Positions 13,208 to 24,977 of a stretch of DNA of 64,000 nt are shown piece after piece. The first letter of the stretch is position 1, and each line of letters begins with the position of its first letter. The notes beneath the pieces were generated by a model, which saw nothing but the letters and a program-made list of their open reading frames with translations, made no database searches and was not told where the DNA came from. The position numbers and the translations under genes were made by a program. The DNA is from Squalus acanthias (lineage: Eukaryota). The stretch spans positions 15,068,001 to 15,132,000 of the forward strand of contig CM059433.1 in assembly GCA_030390025.1 (NCBI GenBank), read 5' to 3'.

Positions 13208-14439
13208 GTTTCCCGAGCAGCGTGCTTCCCGTGGCCATCCAGTTAAATTTAAAAGGTAAGGTTAAACCACTCTTAAGGGTCTGACAACAAGCTACTAATA
13301 CTTTAAATTGGGTCACCCGCCTCTGTCGGTCGGGTCGGGTCCATGCTGACAAACGCGCCTGGGGGAAAGGCGTGTGGGAGCGGGATGACAGCGGGTTCCC
13401 GACCCGCTCCCAAAAATAAAAACTTTCCCACCTGACCCACCTCCGATCGCACCCGCTACCACCCTGGAAAATTGCAGCCGATGGTTTACCTACAGCTACT
13501 AACTTCTGAATCAAAAGGTAATTCTAAATTACCAGCATGTAACAATAATTATGAGGAACGACCAACTGGAAGGACTACCTAGAAGCACCAATGTCCCAGT
13601 GCCAAATCGTGCAGCCACTCTCTGTCCATATTATCTAAGAATAAATTTAGTTCATGCAACAAAACATTAACATACCTACCAGTTCTATCTGTATTGATTA
13701 ACCGATAGAAAAATGATAAAAATGCACAAACATTTGGCTGCAGAGGTAAAAACTGCTGCACGGTACTGTGGATGGATCTAGTTTGCCAATACTTGCAACA
13801 GTCAAGAGGAACAGTACCATATCATTCAATTTTACAGTGAGCAAATGTAAGAATATTTGAAATTTAGGCAGTAAAAATCTTTCAGTTAACAAATGTTCGA
13901 ATTGTATCGTATACAGATATGTCATTTTGCTTGATGCACAGCAGTTGGTCTTTATGACAATAATTCCAAAAATATTCGAAGCCACTACTTAAAATATGTA
14001 TTTCTCTAAGAGCTCTGAACTATAGGTTCAATGTATCAACTGGTAAGTCCCTTTACTTTGCATTAGATTCTAACTTCAAAGAATAACAGAGAAAACAAAA
14101 TTCTCTGAATTTTTTGACATTTCATATAATATTCATTGTTATTTCCTTTTAAAAATGAAAACAAGGGAACACATTCAAATATTTCAAGTTAAAATATCAT
14201 CAGCCACTTGAAAGGAATGAGGAGCAGCCAAACGCACAATATGTTACTTCAATGGGTGTTAAATCTCAACCAGGCTTTTTGATGAACAGTGGTCCACGTA
14301 GTAACCAGAGGAATTCTTAGCTCATCATTTGTTAGAACATGGCTCCTGGATACTCTTTGACATCTCAATAACTTTTGGTTTCACCTTGCACTGACCAAAG
14401 AATTTATTATTTGATATTTAATTCTGCTGAATATTTGAA

Positions 14440-15115
14440 ACCCCGATGTTAAACTGGGAGGGGTCCGGTGCAGGCAGGGGCTGGGGCGAGAGGGGAGTCC
14501 CCATTGACTCATTGGCCAGAGGCCCGGGTCATTTTAACATCCCCGGGCCTCACTTTAATATTCGTCCCTTGCCCAGAATCGACGGGAATTACGTCAAAGC
14601 TGTTCCGGAGGGAGTGGGAATAGGGTTGGGAGCAGGACGCTGCAGGGGATCAAGGGAACGTTTCCCAGCATACGGTAAATGTTGGGATGGGGGGTGTTGC
14701 AGAACCGATGCTGGTTGGGGGGAGGGGGAAGGCAAGATCGTGGCGGGGGAGGGCCAACGATTCCTTGTGGGGCCGGTGGAGCGTTACTTCTCGCCCCCAA
14801 GGAACGCTTCCAAAAATGAAAGAATTTAACTTATCTTGGCCTATTCTGGCTATGCTGCCGTCTGGCACCAGTTTTCGCTGGCGGCTTTGGCACGTGCGGC
14901 CCTCTTGTGATTTGAAGTTAAAATGGCATTGTGGCGCTGATGATGTTATCGGGACGCAACTTTCACATTTTAATTAGGCCCCCACCTGCCTGTGGCTGGT
15001 GGCCTCCACACTGCCAGAATCTCAGCAGTCAAAATGATGGTGGGCGCGAACGCGTGGCGAATCTCCCAGCCTTGGTTTTAATTACTTGCCGGGCGGACTG
15101 GGTTAAAATCAGGCC
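14440..15115. mobile_element. Harbinger-type MITE, diverged
   Basis: GC/CpG-rich island ending GTTAAAATCAGGCC; left end CCCCGATGTTAAAC. Confidence 0.55.
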
Positions 15116-15203
15116 TACTGTTTCAGGACAGACATGATTTTAATGAGCTGTTCAAGCTTCGCTCACAGTTTGGGACAGGACCCAAACCTCTCATAGACAT
15201 TAC

Positions 15204-15921
15204 GGGCTAGAAATTGGCCTCCTTAGCACCTCCTGTTATCTCCTCCGGGGGGCGATAACGGGGCGCTAATGACTTACCGCCCGGGCGCGACGAGATGAAC
15301 CGCTCCCGTTAACTTGGCCGGGAGGTTTGCGGCGGCGGTAACACTTTGCGCCACGATCTCCTGCGCCCAGAGATCGTGACGTCATTGCCGTGCGCATCGC
15401 CCCGGTAGTGCCCCGGTCCCTGAAAACACCGACAGCTACAGAAGGCGTTGGTCGGGAGGCCGGGCGCTTTGGGGGCGGAAGTTAAAGGGGAGGTTGCCGA
15501 GGTAAGTAGGAAAATTTCTAAAATGCTTTTCTTTCAATTTTTCTTTTTCCTTCTCCTGGGCCGCGATCGATCAGGCGGGCACTCTGCTGGAGTTGCACGG
15601 GGCTGATCGAGCCGGATCGCGGTCGCCGTTGGGGACCAGCTAACTGGTCCCAATGCAGAGCCTGCAGCGATGGCTCTTCCCTTTACGGGAGGGAAGGAGC
15701 CTCGGATCGCGGCAGCGCTGCACGGGACATTGTGCACCACTACCGCCCCGCCTGCGTCCTTTAGCGCTCCAGGAAGGAAGTGCAGCCCTTGATTTAGTGC
15801 TCCACTTCCTTCCTCGAGCGCAAACACTGAATTTAGAAAAAGATGGGAATCATTAGCGCCTCGGTTTCCCAGCTTTCAAATGTTACCGTCCCCAGATGGG
15901 GCGATACTGAATTTCTCCCCC
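15204..15921. mobile_element. Harbinger-type MITE
   Basis: Termini GGGCTAGAAATT / AATTTCTCCCCC; subterminal region resembles that of the 19232 element. Confidence 0.75.
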
Positions 15922-16801
15922 TGCAACTTCATACCACATCTTGGTTGATCTTTGACCCTGTGCAGTATTCACTGCACTGAGTCCAATTTTGATATTAATA
16001 AGTGAAAACGCACACGATTGCAACTGGACTGCTGAACTGGGTGATGTGAGGGAATATTAGTCACAGTTGGAAGCAATACTCTGGCAACGCTCATGATGAG
16101 CCTAGCAATGGATTATGATGTATGCAAAAAAAATATATCCGAGGAGTCAGAGGAAGGTACAGCAAAGCTTTTCCTTTGTTCCTGCAGTGGAATATATATG
16201 TGCACCTGTGTTATATTTGAGAATTGAAGCTATAAGCACCTTACTGCTGTTCAATCAGACCTTCAGAACGCTGAAGGAAAGAATTCTTCTGCTGAAGATC
16301 AGCTTTACTTTGTTGTTCTTACTTCAGGCTGAAAACAGTGCACTATCTCAGAAGGTTATTGGAAAGCAGGAAGTTAGAACTTGGCAATGTTCAGAGGTGT
16401 GGCTGAATTAGTTATCAGTATGTGTGCAACAGATCCGGGTTTACCATTTTCCAACAGTGTATTCTGCAATGACAGAACCTGTGAAACCATAATTTAAGCT
16501 GAATTTTCGTATGTTTACAGCATGGAAATTGATTTGCATCATATTAAACATTTATAAAATGCAGTGACAAACTGGTAAGATAAAATTGCTAAAACAGTAA
16601 AACATGACGATGCATGCACTTTATGAATTTAGTTTATCACAATACCACAGCATTTGGCTGAATGCACAGTAATTTACATTGTATTCATTTTAATTCATAA
16701 AGTTTTATCAAATAGCTTCCAAAACATACAATTACCGAAACAATGATCAGTCTTTTCTGTCAGTGTATTTCTTCATGCTCAGCTCTTTTTCTTGACTCTA
16801 A

Positions 16802-17583
16802 GGGGGGAATTTTGCCAGCCCTGGGGAGGCGGGTTTGGAGGCGGGACTGCCGGGAAAATGGCAGAATCTGGGGGCGGGTGCCCATCCCACCCCCAACCCG
16901 TCTCCGGGCCATCTTCTCAGGAGGCAGGTACCCGACCCGTGCTGGGAGCCGCCTCCCCGAGGCGGGAAGGGGATTACAGCCACTTAACTGCCTGTTAACA
17001 GGTAGGGAAACCCCGCCAGGGTCAGCGAGGCGAGCAGTGGGTCTGCGGGGGTCGGAGGGGTCCAAAAGTGCGCTGTGAAGGTGAGTGATGGGTGCAAGTG
17101 TGGAGAGGTGAGTATGTGAGGTGAGTGTAAAGTGATAGAAAATGTTTACTTACCTTTGTTTCTTCCTGCAGGCTTCAACAGTTGGGGAACCGGAGACTCC
17201 CGCATCTCCCCGGCAGAGATGATAGAATGGCTGCTGCAATCTCCGATGCAACAGCTATCTGATTTCTGCTCAGCAGATAGGTTTGATGAGTCTTGAATAC
17301 AAGGACTCATCAAACAACAGAGAGTGTCAGTGTTTGACAGCTTCACAGAGCTGTCAAACGATGACAATTCAGCTGTCAAAGATTTTTGACAGATGAAACG
17401 TCATACGCTGACATTCTCTGTCACCGGCTTCCCCTTAATTGGCCTGCTGAGCCCGCTGGGCGGGCTTAACAAGGTCAATGAAGGGAAAATAGCGTGGGTT
17501 GGCCAGAAGTCGATGGAGGCAGGACTAAAACCCGACAAGTGGGAGTCCCGCCTCCAAAAGCTCCCCATTGGCAAAATCCAGCC
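16802..17583. mobile_element. Harbinger-type MITE, TAA TSD
   Basis: TIRs GGGGGGAATTTTGCCA / TGGCAAAATCCAGCC, TAA on both sides; second copy at 38646. Confidence 0.9.
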
Positions 17584-18062
17584 TAAAACAATAGGAGCTG
17601 CACTTGAAGGGAACAGGAATCAGAGAATCAGGGCTACAGTGTTGCGGCTCTAACTTCGACCTCTGCTCCATCTTCTGCTGAGTGCAGAATTTATTTTAAT
17701 ATTCCCTCACATTTTTTTTTACCCAAACAGCATTTATATCGAATTGCATTTTTATTGTTAATCTTATGTACATTTACTTCACTGCACCAATGTAAATGTT
17801 GACTGAGAGGCATATGCTTTAATGGGCCTAATGTTTGTTTGAGGCCCCCTCTCTGAGATTGGCTTGCCTTGAGGCAGCCGAGGCTGCAAGAAAGCTATTT
17901 GTCAGTTGTGGTTTCACAAATTCTAAAATAATTAAGCTAATTTTGCACTTTCCTGAAATTGCCGTTTATCTCAACTCAGGAGTTTTAAGACATTCTTGAT
18001 GGTATTCAGAACAAGTCAGGAGTATTTAGCATAGTTATAAAGTTGTAGTAAGAGAAAATATC

Positions 18063-18690
18063 GGCCTGGATTTTCCTCCACTATCTCACCTCAAATCAAT
18101 GGGGATAACGGTGGCAAAGGCAAAACGATTGGGTAGCTAAGCTGATTGCCGCGTTCCTACCTTGACCTCAATATTTCTCACCACGCCCAGCCAGGAAAAC
18201 AACTGACCACCCCTTCCTTGCCTGCCGCACATAAATGAGGACGGGGAGATAAGTTCTGGCAAGTGGCCCCATTTCCCTGCCTTCTGTCACTAGTCACATA
18301 GACAACCGTGAGAGGGATGGCGGTAATCCCCAAAGCAGTGGCAGTAAGTGCACTGGACCCCCTTTTGGAATGGGAGGGCTCAGCAGTGGGCCCCTCTCCC
18401 TCTTTCTATGCCCCAACCACTCACCAGGTGAAGGCTTCAGTCCAGTCTGAGGCCTAAACAAAAATTTCAAGGCTGGTCTTCAGGGCTCCTCTGCCCCCTT
18501 TAAGTGGTCTCTTCTTTTCTGGCAGCTGTACTGCTGCACCTCTGGAATTTTCCTTTCCTGGGAGCGGCAGGCTAACTCTGAGTGAGATCCCACCCTCCAA
18601 AGATAGCTGACCCTTCATCGTGGGTCATGGCAAGGTTGGAGTAGAGACCCAACTCAGGTAAATTGAGGCAAATGCAGTCCAAATCTCCGT
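18063..18690. mobile_element. Degraded MITE-like element
   Basis: Begins GGCCTGGATTTTC; GC-rich island in AT-rich DNA. Confidence 0.35.
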
Positions 18691-19341
18691 ATTACAAATT
18701 AATTTTTGAATTAACTGCAACGCTGGCTTGGGAGTACTTTAGCTTCCCTTCATTCTGGTCATGTATTCATATAAAGTCTTAATAAGGGAGTTTGACAGGA
18801 TCCATAATGATTTGTTTCATCTGGAGACTTCATTTAGTATGATTGGAGAATGCCCAGATTGGTTTGGAGGGAGTGCAAAGCTCTGGTCAGTTTGGCTTGG
18901 AGTTAGAAGATCACTCCAGTCTGTATATCTTAGGATACAGAACAGGCCTGACTGCTTGACCTAGCCTTAACCTTTGGCTTTCCATTTTCTATTAAGCAAA
19001 TTATTCACTGAAAGATTTATCAGAACCAAGAATATATTTCACATGTTAATAAATCAAGGGAAAAAGACATATATCAGTTACATAATGGGAAAGATTTCCT
19101 CTGTGCACTATGCATAATAAGATTATAAACTGGTTCCTTATAAATGGGTTTACAATTTCATTAGACATGGTGTATGGAAGAAACCTCCTCTTAGTGCTTT
19201 TTTAAATAAAAAAGGAATATATAAGAGTTGAGGGGGGGTGATATTCGTCCCCTTAGCACCTCCTGTTAGCGCCAGTAGATCGTGCTAATGGGGCGCTAGA
19301 CCAGTATCGCTGGGGCGGGGCGAATCCAGTGCCGTACACCA

Positions 19342-19910
19342 AATAGAAACATAAAAACATAGAAAAATAGGAGCAGAAGTAGGCCATTAGGCCCTTCGAG
19401 CCTGCTCCGCCATTCAATATGATCATGGCTGATCCTCTATCTCAATACCATATTCCCGCTCTCTCCCCATACCCCTTGATGCCTTTTGTTTCTAGAAATC
19501 TATCTATCTCCTTCTTAAATATATTCAGTGACTTGGCCTCCACAGCTTTCTGTGGTAGAGAATTCCACAGGTTCACCACCCTCTGAGTGAAGAAATTTCT
19601 CCTCATCTCAGTTCTAAATGTCCTACCCTATATCCTGAGACTGTGACCCCTTGTTCTAGACCCCACAGCCAGGGGAAGCATCCTCCCTGCATCCAGTCTG
19701 TCTAGCCCTGTCAGAATTTTTTACGTTTCAATGAGATCCCCTCTCATTCTTCTAAACTCTAGTGAATACAGGCCTAGTCAACCCAATCTCTCCTCATATG
19801 GCAGTCCTGCCATCCCAGGAATCAGTCTGGTGAACCTTCGCTACACTCTCTCTATGACAAGTATATCCTTTCTTAGGTAAGGAGACCAAAACTGCACACA
19901 GTACTCCAGG
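19342..19910 (-). mobile_element. CR1 LINE 3' fragment
   Basis: Reverse complement of CR1 RT C-terminus, hairpin and tail. Confidence 0.9.
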
Positions 19911-19975
19911 AAAAACTCAGCAGGCCAGGCAGCATCCGTGGAGAGAGAAAGAGAGTTAACGTTTCAGGTCGATGA
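19911..19975 (-). mobile_element. Penelope-like terminal-repeat fragment (half hammerhead)
   Basis: Matches 50340-50400; minus strand reads TCATCGACCTGAAACGTTAACT. Confidence 0.7.
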
Positions 19976-20434
19976 GGTGGAGGATGAGGAGGAGGAGGGA
20001 CAGGAGGGAGGGAGGAGGCAGCGAGACAATCTGATTTCTGGAAAGACTGTCCGTGACCGGCTCATCAGACTCCGATTCACATGAATAAAACCCCAGATCC
20101 CCGTAGCTCACCACATCCCCATCATACAATCCCTGTCTCATGGCGTATCACAGCGTCCTCCTGTGCGCAAAGGTGAAATGACAGAGACCACAAAATATTC
20201 CAAAGACCATTAATAAATTTATCTATAAACATATCACACATATCACATGAATTTTAATAACTAATGACCCTTGTGCCTGACATAGTTGAATAGCTGTCAT
20301 TGTGTGCAGGGTGTGAGATGTGGGTGTGAGTGTTGCTAGGTGAAGATTGCTGGTGGGTGTGTGCTGGGGTTGTGGTGCTTTAGGCAGTGTGTGAAGATTG
20401 TGGCTCAGATGCATTTGTTGAAGCATTCACTCAC

Positions 20435-20677
20435 CCTGACCACCCAAGTGAGGTCATTAAATTTCTTCCTGCACTGTGTGTGGGTCCTGGGGACCACAGT
20501 GCTGCCCGAGACGTGCTGCGCTACCTCCCTCTAAATGGTGTGGAAGACTTGTGGTGAGGGCCTCCTGCCACTTGCCAGGTAGAGCACCGCCCTCTGTCTC
20601 TCCACAGTGAAAACCAATGCCTCCAATGCTTCATCAGAGAATCTGCGGGCTCTCTCCCTGGGGCGTGGACCTGCCAT
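20435..20677 (-). pseudogene. Harbinger Myb/SANT exon 1
   Basis: MAGPRPRERARRFSDEALEALV...QCRKKFNDLTWVVR then GTGAGT donor; one in-frame stop replaces the conserved W. Confidence 0.85.
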
Positions 20678-21146
20678 GAGCACACCTGGTTCAGTCCTCT
20701 GGCTCCTTCTCCTTGTTCTGCTTCTGCTTACTGAGGCAGCTGCACAGCCAGCAATGCTGAGAATGAGATGCTTCAGCATCAATGAACCTCCCCTTTAAGT
20801 AGTGAAAAAAGCCTGTGGCAATCATGACTTGCGATTAGACTGCACCCAATATGGGTCCACCCTTTAAGTCTAACACCAATGAGCTTAAAGACTTGATTTA
20901 GGACTCCAATCATTTTATTGAGCAGTGAGGACGAATTTTGCGTGCACTCTAAAGCATTTGCGCCTGGCGCTAATTCTCCAACTTTTCTACTGACACCGTC
21001 TATTCCTTGGCTATAACAAATTTCTAGCCCCTTTGCAATGGGAGAGAAGATTATGGATTCCTGATCTTTTCCATTAGTGTTTTATGAAGAAAGTGGAGCC
21101 GAAGCATTGCGTTGACTGTAGAAGTCCTGCTACCCTGCAGGACTTC

Positions 21147-21262
21147 TGCAGGACTGCAGCGGTTCAAGAAGGCGGTTCACCGCCACATTGTTAAGGGCAA
21201 TTAGGGATGGGCGATAAATGCTGGCCTTGCCAGCGACGCCCACATCCCATGAATGAATGAAA
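21147..21262 (+). mobile_element. 3' end of CR1/L2-group LINE
   Basis: Matches the reverse complement of ~33600-33705; (GAAT)n tail. Confidence 0.75.
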
Positions 21263-22118
21263 AAAAACCTCAATCTCTAGGTCAGGTTCACAGTCAAGAA
21301 CCAGAAAACCTAATCCCCGACCATGATGTATCAATGCAGCTGACCTATACCAATTTGAATGGCATTCCATTTGGACTAGATGGGGGCTCACAACTCAAGC
21401 CAAATCATTACAGATCCTGCCAAGCCCCTCTGACCATACTTTCAGGGACTTGGATCATCAAAATCAGCTTTGGCATGCTTTGATTTTGGTCTAGATTTAA
21501 ATCTCGGCGATGCTGAGAAGATTGTTGGCAGCAGCTGAGTTAGTTTATTGTCTTTCTCACCACTGTGTAACCTGGGCACTAAATCAGTCATTGTCAAATA
21601 GGAACCACAGCACTACATTTGAATCAGAAGAGGACTATAACATTAACCTGAGCTCAAGTATTTGCATGTCAAATTTCTAGAATGATTTGGATGCTAACAG
21701 GTGGAAAAGAAATTGTGATGGCTACATACATATTCCTGTGTTGGTTTATTTTTCACTTTGCTTTTTCTTTACCTTTAAGGTATTACAATTAAGGTTATTT
21801 CCCTTTTGTATCCGAAGTAAACCGCTGATCATAAAATGTAGATAATGATATATTCCTTCGGGGCTAGTTTTTTAAATTTTGTTTAATGCTAATTGTATCA
21901 ATGCAACAATAACTTTTCCCAAAATACCAAACATGATTCTGATTTCCTTTTTCAGGATGGGTTGATTTCAGCATCAACGTCCTACACTTCCACCTCTTCT
22001 TCTGTGCCCTAAATTAATCTGTTCAGGAATTATTACTACATGCAGACCATCTCCTTTATGGGGTGAACTTCTCTGAGAATCCACTAAAGGGGAGTTTTTA
22101 TCCCTTTTGAACACAAAA

Positions 22119-23746
22119 GGGACAATTTTCATCTGCTGCCTGCTCCATTTCCGAGGAGTCCAGCAGTGGAAAATAGCAGGGAAGCAGCGGCTGCCCCTTG
22201 GATGTTCAAGGCCCACCTGGCGCGATTTTCAAGCAGGCCTGTCAACGGGCACCCAGCACACTCGCCCGAAACATTTGCGAGGCAGCTTGCATACGCAAAG
22301 CAGGGTCCTATGCTAGTTGTAGGACCATGTTTGCAATTTTCGAACAGAAATGGAATTTTGCACTGTGCACGCTCTGTCCACTTGTACCAGGCAGTGAGTA
22401 GTCTAACGAGCAGTCCTTAAAGGGACCGCTCCAAAAATGGCCTACAACTTTGTTATGGGATTTTTCGTAGGGCCAGGAGCAGCAGAAATGCTCCTCCTGG
22501 CCCCACAAAAATACTGTGACCCACAGTCGGTTGCTGGGTAGCACCCCCACCCCCCCCCGCCTTCAGTTCATGTATCCATCCCCCACCTTGGCTCCCTTAT
22601 GGAGCTGCCGAATTTTCTGTCCCCTGGTTTGGCGAGCTTGCTGCTAGCTCTTGTTAACCGCTGGCCAGCTCGCTGACTGTATTCTAATGAGGCCCGAAGC
22701 TGAAAATGGTTTGGACCTCGCGCTGAAGGGCTCGGGCGGGCACCGCGGATGCGCCGCTAACTTCACGCCAAGTGTAATGTAGCCAAGTTTGCGGATGATA
22801 CAAAGATGGGTGGGAAAGCAAGTTGTGCAGAGGACTCATCTGCAAAGGGATATAGACAGGCTAGGTGAGTGGGCAAACATTTGGCAGATGGAGTATAATG
22901 TGGGAAAGTGCGAGGTTATCCACTTTGGCAGGAAAAATAAAAAAGCAAACTATTATTTAAATGGAGAGAGATTACAAAATGCTACACTTCAGAGGGACCT
23001 GGGGGTTCTTGTGCATGAAACACAAAAAGTTAGCATGCAGGTACAGCAAGTAATCAAAAAGGCAAATGGAATGTTGGCCTTTATTGCAAGGGGGTTGGAG
23101 TATAAAAGCAGGGAAGTCCTGCTACAACTGTACAAGGTATTGGTGAGACCACACCTTGAGTACTGCGTACAGTTTTGGTCTCCTTATTTAAGGAAGGATA
23201 TACTTGCATTGGAGGCAGTTCAGAGACGATTCACTAGGTTAATTCCAGAGATGAGGGGTTTGACTTATGAGGAAAGGTTGAGCAGGCTGGGCCTATACTC
23301 ATTGGAATTTAGAAGAATGAGAGGTGATCTTATTGAAACATATAAGATACTGAGGGGGCGCGACAAGGTAGATGCAGAGAGGATGTTTCCGCTCATGGGG
23401 AAATCTAGAACTCGGGGGCACAGTCTCAGAAAAAAGGGTCGCCCTTTTAGAACTGAGATGAGGAGGAACTTCTTCTCCCAGAGGGTCGTAAATTTGTGGA
23501 ATTCTCTGCCCCAGAGAGCCGTGAAGGCTGGTTTATTAAATACATTTAAAGTGGAGATAGACAGATTTTTGCAAGATAAGGGAGTGAAGGGTTATGGGGA
23601 GCGGGCTGGGAAGTGGCTTTGAGCCCTAGATCAGCCATGATCTTATTGAATGGCGGAGCAGGCTCGAGGGGCCAAGTGGCCTATTCCTGCTCCTATTTCT
23701 TATGTTCTTATGTTCTTAAGTTTGGGCGTGTGTTTAAAATTTCCCC
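22119..23746. mobile_element. Harbinger-type MITE interrupted by CR1
   Basis: Termini GGGACAATTTTCA / TAAAATTTCCCC lie on either side of the CR1. Confidence 0.6.
22771..23717 (+). mobile_element. 5'-truncated CR1 LINE
   Basis: KFADDTK followed by ORF 22789-23622 (RT C-terminus); (TTCTTATG)n tail. Confidence 0.95.
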
Positions 23747-24572
23747 AGACAATGTATCAATGGTCTGCTCGCAATCATTATCAACCTTTTCTAATAAGCT
23801 TCATCTGCCCCTTCAAACAACGTCAGATTGATGCTATCTACTACTAGCCGGTCTATTTTATTTCTACAGTAAAAGGAGCTTTGGTTAGTGCCTAATGATG
23901 CAGTTAATCTGTAGCACTGTAATGTGATACTGGTAATATTTTCAGAAGGGTGGAAGCATGGCATTATACTGCCCACTCTCATTGCTCTTGTCAGGGAAAA
24001 CAAAGCTTTGTGAAATGATACTTCAACACGTCCGCAGAGCTATGTTCACAAGCTTAAAATGACAGTGACATTTCTAATATTGGAAAAATAGCCAATGGGA
24101 GAGTGTGCTCTTTTCTCTCATTAGAAACTTCAAGGCAGTTTAGGGGATTGCCTGATTTCTTAAATTAAAATGTAAAAATTGGCTGTACATCAGTTGGAGT
24201 TAGACTGCACAATTTCAAGTGGTCTCGTATTGATACAAAATGCTTAAGCAATGTGAGTTGGAAAGCATCTGTACTTGTTTGATGTGCTTCTTTCACTGAA
24301 ATAGGCTTTGCATTATAGCTATCCTGCAAAACCTTTCAATAGGGGACTCTGCCTGAGCTTCTCAGAATAACGCTACCACACGACCTGTCAGTATTTTCTC
24401 TTTTTAAGGCTTACCAAAATGAGGGATGTCCATCCTGCGAAATGGAACATTTGTCTCTGTATTTTCATAACCGCTGTGATTGAGGTGTTTCATGAGCGAG
24501 GGTCCACATCCTATTCCATGGTGCTACCTCCAACGACATACAAGCTTGCGTTTAAATACAAGCTTGGATTTA

Positions 24573-24977
24573 TTACACAAACTAGGGTTGTATTCCCTGG
24601 AATTTAGAAGATTAAGGGGTGATTTGATCGAAGTTTTCAAGATATTAAGAGGAACCGATAGGGGAGATAGAGAGAAACTATTTCCGCTGGTTGGGGAATC
24701 TAGGACTAGGGGGGGCATAGTCTAAAAATTAGAGCCAGGCCATTAAGGAGTGAAGTTAGGAAACACTTCCACACACAAAGGTTGGTAGAACTTTGGAACT
24801 CCCGTCCACAAGCAGCAGTTGATGCTAGATCAATTGTTAATTTTAAATCTGAGATTGGTAGATTTCTGTTAACCAAAGGCGGGTATATGGAGTTAGGTCG
24901 CAGATCAGCCATGATCTCACTGAATAGCGAAACAGGCTCGAGGGGCTCAATGGCCCACTCCTGTTCCTATGTTCCTA
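24573..24977 (+). mobile_element. CR1 LINE 3' fragment
   Basis: LGLYSLEFRRLRGDLIEVFK; close to 32400-32784. Confidence 0.9.

Larger units (their letters stand above)
5694..13480 (+). mobile_element. PIF/Harbinger element (Myb/SANT gene remnant), interrupted by CR1 insertions at 8482-13207
   Basis: Left terminus GGCCGGAATTTC and Myb/SANT remnants. A matching-type right terminus GAAAATTGCAGCCG ends at ~13480; pairing of the two ends is inferred. Confidence 0.6.
19232..21031. mobile_element. PIF/Harbinger deletion derivative with nested CR1 and PLE fragments
   Basis: Termini GGGGGGGTGATATTC / AAATTTCTAGCCCC; acidic transposase C-terminal remnant (+, ~19970-20085); Myb exon on -. Confidence 0.75.
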
